IMG/VR virus record: IMGVR_UViG_2734482774_000008
DNA: 6,600 bases
Direction: 5' to 3' (one strand)
Source of the DNA: a virus
Taxonomy: Duplodnaviria; Heunggongvirae; Uroviricota; Caudoviricetes
Below are positions 1 to 5,319 of this stretch, one piece after another. Every line of letters begins with the position of its first letter. The stretch's first letter is position 1. The notes under the pieces were generated by a model. That model worked only from the letters and a program-made list of their open reading frames with translations. It was not told the origin of the DNA and did no database searches. A program made the position numbers and the translations under genes.

Positions 1-345
1 TTCAGGGGGCCAGTCTAGACAGAATGACGCGATACCGGCTTTCTGTGGCTCGGTCAGTGGAACTTTTATATTGCGCTCCACCCATGCCAGCGCCTTATCA
101 CGCTCAATGGCGTTGACCTGGTCGCATTTTTCCTTCGACAGTTTCATATTGGGAAAAACGTTTTTTCCATCCACCACTGTGGCACCCCGACAGATGGTCC
201 ATATGCCAGAACCATCGCGGTATGCCATTGTGTGGTTACCTTCTTTTTCGTCCAGAAACTGGTCAAGTATCTGAGGAGCAGATGCGCCAGCACCAATCAG
301 CGCCAGAACGGCAGCCGACAGGCCGTATCTGATTTTTGTGTTCAT
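1..345 (-). CDS. SAR endolysin (T4-lysozyme-family phage lysozyme, RrrD/R21-like); 5' portion only (115 codons), continues beyond window position 1
   Basis: Manual translation of the minus strand from ATG at 345..343 gives MNTKIRYGLSAAVLALIGAGASAPQILDQFLDEKEGNHTMAYRDGSGIWTICRG..., open through position 1. Hydrophobic Gly/Ala-rich N-terminus typical of a signal-anchor-release domain, followed by Glu-(8aa)-Asp-(5aa)-Thr spacing matching the T4 lysozyme catalytic triad. The start ATG overlaps the upstream stop (ATGA). Not in the ORF track because it has no stop inside the window. Confidence 0.85.
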   Translation of the reverse strand, partial: MNTKIRYGLSAAVLALIGAGASAPQILDQFLDEKEGNHTMAYRDGSGIWTICRGATVVDGKNVFPNMKLSKEKCDQVNAIERDKALAWVERNIKVPLTEPQKAGIASFCLDWPPE

Positions 346-653
346 AGATATTTATGATGAGGACGCTCGTGCTTATTGGCAGGATTTTCAATCTTAAAGG
401 AGTACTGATGCTGCAGATAAGACTCAACTTTTTCTGACAATTTTTCTGCTACTTCCAGGAAGACTTGCCGGACGCTCATTCTGGCTGCTGCCTCATAAAA
501 CTCCAGCGCAGCTCCTTCAACACGGTCCATGGCGACATCCAGGCCAAAAATTTCACCGTCAAAGCGTTCTTTGTCCTGTAAGGCTACAGTTACCGTAACT
601 TTATTCTCAAAATTACGGACTCCTTTCACAACCAGTTCATAGTCTTGAGTCAT
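342..653 (-). CDS. ydfR: YdfR-like small prophage protein (DUF1327 family as recalled), encoded between holin and endolysin
   Basis: 103-aa ORF with AGGAG Shine-Dalgarno about 9 nt upstream of the ATG. Length, position and sequence match my recollection of E. coli Qin prophage YdfR. Stop overlaps the endolysin start, implying translational coupling. Confidence 0.7.
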   Translation of the reverse strand: MTQDYELVVKGVRNFENKVTVTVALQDKERFDGEIFGLDVAMDRVEGAALEFYEAAARMSVRQVFLEVAEKLSEKVESYLQHQYSFKIENPANKHERPHHKYL

Positions 654-657
654 TGGA

Positions 658-873
658 TTACTCTCCTCTCGCAGCCTTACGCCTGTCTTCTTTAATCTTG
701 AAATAAAGATTTGTCAGATACGTCAGCATGCCAAATACCAGACTACCCAATACACCTATTGCCGCCCACTGTGAGGGCGTGACTTTATCGAGCAACTGTA
801 AAAACCAGTAGCCAGCACTGCCTGCAGAGGTGCTGTAGGCGATGCCCGTTGTTAACTTATCCATGGATTTCAT
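658..873 (-). CDS. essD: Class II holin, S21-type pinholin (EssD/EssQ-like) with dual-start motif
   Basis: Translation from ATG at 873 gives [71 protein letters not shown] (71 aa), closely matching phage 21 S and E. coli EssD as recalled. Two predicted TM segments and a charged C-terminus. GGAGGTG Shine-Dalgarno immediately upstream. The MKSM N-terminus gives two in-frame starts (Met1, Met4). The track's 99-aa ORF carries an unsupported N-terminal extension. Confidence 0.9.
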   Translation of the reverse strand: MKSMDKLTTGIAYSTSAGSAGYWFLQLLDKVTPSQWAAIGVLGSLVFGMLTYLTNLYFKIKEDRRKAARGE

Positions 874-963
874 AGCCTCACCTCCGCAGATAACGGATGG
901 TGTACACGGTTTGGTTCGAAGAAGGAAAGAAGTTACATTAGCGTAAGGCCCGAACATCTATTC

Positions 964-994
964 AAAAAGAAAAACGCCAGCAATTATTCTGGCG
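964..994 (-). terminator. Rho-independent terminator downstream of the AraC-family gene (minus-strand orientation)
   Basis: Perfect 6-bp stem CGCCAG/CTGGCG (975..980 and 989..994) with an 8-nt loop. On the minus strand it is followed by TTTTTCTTTTT (complement of 964..974). Sits 70 nt past the AraC stop. Confidence 0.5.
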
Positions 995-1063
995 TAGCTA
1001 AAAATATCGTATAATCTTACACTTCAAAAAATAACTTTATAAAATGCCATCACATCATATCTT

Positions 1064-1777
1064 CTAAGAAAATCTTGATAAATATTGGTGCGGAGGCACA
1101 CCAAAATATCCTCTAAAAACACTTACAAAATATGATGCATTGTCATACCCGCATATTCCCGCCACCTTGCCGACAGTATGGTTACTGTAGATCAATAATC
1201 TTTGCGCCATCATCATTCGTTCTTCAAGAATTAATTTACTAAACGATAATCCTTCGTCTTTTAATTTTCTTTTTAACAAACTCTCGCTCATATATAATCT
1301 TGAAGATATATCACAAAGTCTCCATGACGCTGAGATATCCGAGTGAATAATAGCCTTAACTTTACAACCTAAGCTATTAAGACTTCCGAACAAAAAACTT
1401 TGCACTATTTTCTCTGAAGATAAGACAGCAAGACATGCAAGTGATATTTGATTTCTAACTACATCCACGGTTTTGCTATCACAATTCAAGCATGCAACCA
1501 AGTTCTTTAACAATGAAAAATCTTCACATTCTACTATCAAGTATGACGGATAAAACCTTCTTACAGAAAAAGGTGAGAGTGTGTAGTTTTTAAAGAAATC
1601 ATTAACTGTTTTCTCCTCAACATCTACGATCATTAGATGATCTGTATTTGACGAAAAAAGATCTTTTAAATTGTATTCAATGAGGACAGCATTTCCTTTT
1701 TTAAACAAAATATCTTCTTTACCAATTCGGACACCAAACGAGTTCAACACCAAAATGATAGAATATATGTATGACAT
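1064..1777 (-). CDS. AraC/XylS-family transcriptional regulator (AppY/GadX/YdeO-like), AT-rich horizontally acquired gene
   Basis: C-terminal HTH region ...SESLLKRKLKDEGLSFSKLILEERMMMAQRLLIYSNHTVGKVAGICGYDNASYFVSVFRGYFGVPPHQY is a typical AraC-type double HTH and resembles AppY as recalled. Start placed at ATG 1777 (MSYIYS...), which has an AGGTGG Shine-Dalgarno 5 nt upstream; the track's start at 1786 is GTG. Sampled 60-nt stretches are about one-third G+C, well below flanking genes. Confidence 0.85.
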   Translation of the reverse strand: MSYIYSIILVLNSFGVRIGKEDILFKKGNAVLIEYNLKDLFSSNTDHLMIVDVEEKTVNDFFKNYTLSPFSVRRFYPSYLIVECEDFSLLKNLVACLNCDSKTVDVVRNQISLACLAVLSSEKIVQSFLFGSLNSLGCKVKAIIHSDISASWRLCDISSRLYMSESLLKRKLKDEGLSFSKLILEERMMMAQRLLIYSNHTVGKVAGICGYDNASYFVSVFRGYFGVPPHQYLSRFS

Positions 1778-1990
1778 ATTATCCACCTGATATCATTGGG
1801 GTTACACCAGGTAAGTATAGGTGGAAAATCAATATTCGCCAGTTCAACAATAAGGAAAATCTCATTGCATCACAACTATAAAACCATGTGTTTAACTCAC
1901 AAAAAACAAATCATTAAACTAATCTGTTATATTATAATAGCTGCGTGCAATAATAATATTATATGCTCTTTATATTCACTTGAAATATCT

Positions 1991-2179
1991 TCATATAAAA
2001 ACAGATTGAATAAAATCTTTTGGGGTTGGTATGTTTACCAACATTAAATTGCATCTCAATGTTTTCTTTAGCGTGAACAGGATTTTTATAAAAACTGACA
2101 CTATGAGCATCATAGCGTAGTTTTTACGATTGTAAATATCCTGCATACAGGAACTCATCACTTTCAGATGATATCGCAT
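1991..2179 (-). CDS. Hypothetical small protein (62 aa) between the RudS-like gene and the AraC-family gene; possibly not a real gene
   Basis: ORF begins 5 nt after the RudS-like stop with a weak GGTGA Shine-Dalgarno-like sequence. Contains a hydrophobic stretch (MMLIVSVFIKILFTL). Lies in AT-rich DNA where spurious ORFs are common, with no recognisable homology. Confidence 0.2.
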   Translation of the reverse strand: MRYHLKVMSSCMQDIYNRKNYAMMLIVSVFIKILFTLKKTLRCNLMLVNIPTPKDFIQSVFI

Positions 2180-2183
2180 ACAG

Positions 2184-3143
2184 TTAATTCACCATCAGTC
2201 TTAGAGCCAGTTCTTCCGGATAGGGATCGAAGTAATTCTGTGTAAGCAAGTAATCATTAGGATACTCACCCAGATAATGCTTCAGCAGAGTCAACGGCGC
2301 AAGAAGAGGCAATGTGCCAAAGCGATAGTTAAGTATAACCTCGCTCAACTCTTTACGCTGGCGTGTACTTAAGTAATTACTAAAATACCCCTGTATATGC
2401 ATCAGCACATTCGTGTGATTTTTACGTGATGCTGGTTTTCTGAGAATCGCCATCAGATTATCACGATACACCTCAAAGTATGATTCAAGGTCCGCCCACT
2501 CGTGTATTGCAGCCACAAATGGTCCCATATCTTTATAGCCTGCCTGGCTATGCGCCAACAACTGAAGCTTATAACGACTATGAAAAGCTAATAACTCTCT
2601 TCTTGATAATTTCTCCTTGTAAAGGTGATTGAGCTCATGCAAAGCAAAAACTCTTTCAATAAAATTCTCACGAAGCACTGGATCATGTAATCGCCCATCC
2701 TCTTCAACCGGTAGCCAGGAAAACTTTTCCATCAAAGTGCTCGTAAATAGTCCCACTCCATCTTTACGACCTCGATTACCATTTTCATCATAGACACGCA
2801 CGCGCTCCATGCCACAGCTGGGAGATTTAGCACAAACCACAAACCCCGATACATCCTTTAATTTGTCCATATAAGAACGACTAAACTCTGTCATTCTCTC
2901 TGTCACATCCTCATTCTGGTCGTGGCTGAAACACATCCGTATATTTCCTTGCTTCGAGCGCACAAGTCGTAGAGCAGGACGCGGAACTGGCAGCCCTATA
3001 GCCATTTCCGGACATACTGGTCTGAATGTTACCCATTCCACTAATTTGTCCATTAAAAAGTCATCTCTTTTGTGACCACCATCAAAACGAACAGCAGAAC
3101 CGCCCAAACAACCGCTGATCCCAATCACAGGTTTTTTTATCAT
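2184..3143 (-). CDS. TudS(DUF523)-DUF1722 fusion protein, RudS-like [4Fe-4S] thiouracil / tRNA 4-thiouridine desulfidase
   Basis: 319 aa. N-terminal half carries the TudS signature: Cys12 (GISGCLGG), Cys44-Pro-Glu46 (VCPE), and Ser107-Pro-Ser109-Cys110-Gly (KSPSCG), matching the three cluster-ligating Cys plus catalytic Glu/Ser as recalled. C-terminal half resembles YbgA-type DUF1722, ending ...YFDPYPEELALRLMVN. Strong GGGGGAGGAA Shine-Dalgarno before the ATG at 3143. Confidence 0.85.
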   Translation of the reverse strand: MIKKPVIGISGCLGGSAVRFDGGHKRDDFLMDKLVEWVTFRPVCPEMAIGLPVPRPALRLVRSKQGNIRMCFSHDQNEDVTERMTEFSRSYMDKLKDVSGFVVCAKSPSCGMERVRVYDENGNRGRKDGVGLFTSTLMEKFSWLPVEEDGRLHDPVLRENFIERVFALHELNHLYKEKLSRRELLAFHSRYKLQLLAHSQAGYKDMGPFVAAIHEWADLESYFEVYRDNLMAILRKPASRKNHTNVLMHIQGYFSNYLSTRQRKELSEVILNYRFGTLPLLAPLTLLKHYLGEYPNDYLLTQNYFDPYPEELALRLMVN

Positions 3144-3335
3144 TTCCTCCCCCTTGACTAATTCATTAACACATAAACTTTGTAGTGCACGGACTAAATT
3201 GCCTTTCTGGCTTCATCACTGACAATTTTTCTGTTATTGACTATTCCTAATATAGTAGGAAAGTTCTTTAAGTGATCGGTCGTACTCATCTATCTTTCAT
3301 ACTTACTCTCAACTATCAAAAGTACAGGATTTATT
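3144..3335. promoter_or_regulatory. Divergent intergenic region expected to hold the promoters of the RudS-like gene (minus) and the blc-like gene (plus)
   Basis: 192-bp non-coding spacer between divergent start codons. Contains TTGACT hexamers (3155..3160 and 3236..3241) and a TATAGT hexamer (3251..3256), but I could not pair them into a promoter with canonical spacing. Confidence 0.35.
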
Positions 3336-3860
3336 ATGAAGTTATGGCCTGTGTTGACTGGCATTGCACTCTCTTTCACTCTTATAGCATGTAAGGCCCC
3401 GACACCACCTAAAGGTGTGCAGCCGATTACAAATTTTGACGCCAACCGCTACCTCGGAAAATGGTATGAAATAGCTCGCCTCGAGAACTGGTTCGAACGT
3501 GGTCTGGAACAGGTCAGCGCTACTTATGAAAAACGGAACGACGGAGGGATTCGCGTACTTAACCGTGGATACGATCCAACGAAAAACAAATGGAGCGAGA
3601 GCGAAGGTAAAGCATACTTTACTGGAGATACTAAAACTGCAGCGTTGAAAGTTTCGTTTTTTGGCCCCTTCTATGGTGGCTATAATGTAATCAAACTGGA
3701 TGATGAGTATAAGTATGCTCTTGTCAGTGGTCCGAACAGAGAATACCTATGGATTCTGGCAAGGACCCAAACTATTCCAGATAATGTAAAAGCAGACTAT
3801 GTGCGTACCGCTCAAAAGTTGGGATTCAATGTCAATGAACTATTATGGGTTAAACAATAA
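3336..3860 (+). CDS. blc: Outer-membrane lipoprotein lipocalin, Blc paralogue
   Basis: 174 aa. Signal peptide with lipobox LIAC (Cys19) and Lys at +2. Lipocalin SCR1 motif NFDANRYLGKWYEIAR and the block KAYFTGDTKTAALKVSFFGPFYGGYNVI closely resemble E. coli Blc as recalled (about 60 percent identity estimated by eye, so a paralogue). AGGA Shine-Dalgarno 6 nt upstream. Confidence 0.9.
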   Translation: MKLWPVLTGIALSFTLIACKAPTPPKGVQPITNFDANRYLGKWYEIARLENWFERGLEQVSATYEKRNDGGIRVLNRGYDPTKNKWSESEGKAYFTGDTKTAALKVSFFGPFYGGYNVIKLDDEYKYALVSGPNREYLWILARTQTIPDNVKADYVRTAQKLGFNVNELLWVKQ

Positions 3861-3888
3861 AATCCCCACCCGAAATGATACTTATTAG

Positions 3889-3915
3889 AAAAAAACCAGC
3901 CTTTGGGGAGGCTGG
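3889..3915 (-). terminator. Rho-independent terminator in minus-strand orientation, about 100 nt downstream of the Q gene (tR'-like position)
   Basis: Perfect 7-bp stem CCAGCCT/AGGCTGG (3896..3902 and 3909..3915) with a 6-nt loop. On the minus strand it is followed by seven T (complement of A-run 3889..3895). On the plus strand there is no T-run after the hairpin, so it is at best a weak terminator for blc. Confidence 0.55.
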
Positions 3916-4015
3916 CTAAATCAGGAAACAAGCTGTTATATGATAATAACTACGTTGCGATTCCAACATTTAAAATGTTAGACTAATGAAAATCAGACAG
4001 CAACTTTTCCTTTAA

Positions 4016-4393
4016 TTATTTCGAACAATCAGCATCCATCTCCAATCGGAGATCCAACACCATCAGCATGCCCTCCACTACGCCCTCAGCTTTCTGGAGC
4101 ATCCTGCCAACCCAACAATCAGATCGCCCATGCTTATGTGCAAGCGCCATAAAAGTCATGCCGCCGACATAATAGTCCACCAATAAATCATGTAAATCGC
4201 TGTTGTTTTTTTTCAGGCGAGCCATACATTCACAAATGATCATCGCGTCATCGTCACAGCATTGCGGACGAGATCTTACTTTTGAAGGAATTAATCCCTT
4301 AAAACCGGCGGCAATGGACGACCAGGTCACATCTTCATGATTATTAGCCGCCCATGCCCCCCAACGCTCAAGAACCATCTGAATATCACGCAT
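4016..4393 (-). CDS. Late-gene antitermination protein Q (phage 82 Q / QuuD-like)
   Basis: Translation from ATG 4393 gives [34 protein letters not shown]...[34 protein letters not shown]... (125 aa), matching Q82-family antiterminators such as E. coli QuuD as recalled. GGAG Shine-Dalgarno 7 nt upstream. The track's start at 4408 is a TTG-initiated extension. Confidence 0.85.
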   Translation of the reverse strand: MRDIQMVLERWGAWAANNHEDVTWSSIAAGFKGLIPSKVRSRPQCCDDDAMIICECMARLKKNNSDLHDLLVDYYVGGMTFMALAHKHGRSDCWVGRMLQKAEGVVEGMLMVLDLRLEMDADCSK

Positions 4394-4410
4394 CAACTTA
4401 CTCCACAAAA

Positions 4411-5028
4411 TTAGGCCAGCACACCAATTGCCAGCGCGCGATCGATAAATCGAAAAATCAGCTCCAGTTGGGAGCCATACTTCTCTTCAAATGCCACGGT
4501 ATCCGTATGCAACTCGTCGTGATGCTTTCTGCACAAAGGCAAAACAAAGAGATCATGTGCTTTGGTTCCCATTCCGCCCTGCCCGTGACCAATCAGATGA
4601 TGCGGATCGTCGGCTGGCATACCGCAGCAAGCACACGGCTGTGTCTTAACCCAGCGTGTGTATTTCTCCTTAACCCACCGGTGACGTTTAGGCAGCTTCA
4701 TGAAAGATTCCGGAGACTCTGGATCAACGGTGATGCTTACCACCGTCTTTTCCTGTGATGGGTTTTGTTGCTGGTGGGCGTGAGGCAACGGTGCAAGATT
4801 TTTTGTGCGCTGTTTCAATATGCTGGTGGCGGTCTGCTCTCCCGGTACGATGTCGCTTTCGCGGTACACCGAGCAGATTTTTTCCGCTGGTAATCCCAGC
4901 GAGCGACGTAATACCGCTTCCGGTAGCGCGTCCGCCAGCTGATTGCGGACCGCCCACCAGGATAATTCAGCCAGAGATAATTCACGCTCCTGCGTACCGC
5001 TTATTGCGTGACCGATGACGTCAATCAT
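4411..5028 (-). CDS. YdfU-like prophage protein with Cys/His-rich C-terminal domain (DUF968 as recalled); N-terminus possibly truncated or replaced
   Basis: 205-aa ORF immediately upstream of Q on the same strand. C-terminal block [49 protein letters not shown] has a CxxC...HH...C..HH metal-binding pattern. No convincing Shine-Dalgarno before the ATG at 5028, which lies 2 bp from the divergent xis-like start. Confidence 0.65.
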   Translation of the reverse strand: MIDVIGHAISGTQERELSLAELSWWAVRNQLADALPEAVLRRSLGLPAEKICSVYRESDIVPGEQTATSILKQRTKNLAPLPHAHQQQNPSQEKTVVSITVDPESPESFMKLPKRHRWVKEKYTRWVKTQPCACCGMPADDPHHLIGHGQGGMGTKAHDLFVLPLCRKHHDELHTDTVAFEEKYGSQLELIFRFIDRALAIGVLA

Positions 5029-5030
5029 CC

Positions 5031-5285
5031 ATGCTGACAGGTTTTGATGAGCAAGTTGCTCGAGTGATTCGGATATCCGAAGAGCAGTTAATTGCGCTGA
5101 AAGGAATAAAAAAAGGTACGTTAAAAAAGGCCCGGGAAAAATCGTTTATGGAAGGAAGGGAATATAAGCATGTCGCTCATGACGGTATGCCATGGGATAA
5201 CAGTCCATGCTTTTACAACCTGGAAGAAATTGATCGCTGGATTGAGCGCCAGGCATCAGCAAGACCAAGACGTCATCTTACTTGA
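5031..5285 (+). CDS. Excisionase-like small DNA-binding protein (Xis-like), upstream of and co-oriented with the integrase
   Basis: 84-aa ORF ending 34 nt before the integrase start. Contains EGREYKHVAHDG, resembling the DGREYLFHESA wing region of lambda Xis as recalled, at a similar distance from the N-terminus. No clear Shine-Dalgarno, so the exact start is uncertain. Confidence 0.55.
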   Translation: MLTGFDEQVARVIRISEEQLIALKGIKKGTLKKAREKSFMEGREYKHVAHDGMPWDNSPCFYNLEEIDRWIERQASARPRRHLT

Positions 5286-5319
5286 CTAAAAGCCACACTA
5301 ACTAATGAGAGAAGTTGAA

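Noticed and set aside
71-274. 67-aa plus-strand ORF from the track
   Set aside because: Lies entirely antisense within the well-supported SAR endolysin reading frame; no Shine-Dalgarno and no recognisable motifs.
906-925. GGTTCGAA sequence resembling a tRNA T-loop in the holin upstream region
   Set aside because: No acceptor stem, D-arm or anticodon arm could be built around it; an isolated motif match only.
874-957. N-terminal extension of the holin ORF (track start at 957)
   Set aside because: Homologous holins start at the MKSMDK motif, which has a strong GGAGGTG Shine-Dalgarno; the extension overlaps that ribosome-binding site.
1796-2047. 83-aa plus-strand ORF in the AT-rich spacer
   Set aside because: Low-complexity translation typical of AT-rich non-coding DNA; overlaps the likely AraC-gene promoter region and the opposite-strand small ORF; no Shine-Dalgarno.
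4354-4758. 134-aa plus-strand ORF
   Set aside because: Antisense overlap with both Q and the YdfU-like gene, which have clear family signatures; no independent support.
4724-5018. Two overlapping ORFs (4724..4957 minus, 4755..5018 plus) inside the YdfU-like gene
   Set aside because: Alternative-frame and antisense ORFs within a coding region; Arg/Gly/Pro-rich translations typical of out-of-frame reading of GC-rich coding DNA.
5305-5319. Upstream ATG start for the integrase (MREVEM...)
   Set aside because: The second ATG at 5320 gives the MKYPTGVE N-terminus typical of this integrase family and has a purine-rich stretch at suitable distance; the upstream start remains possible.
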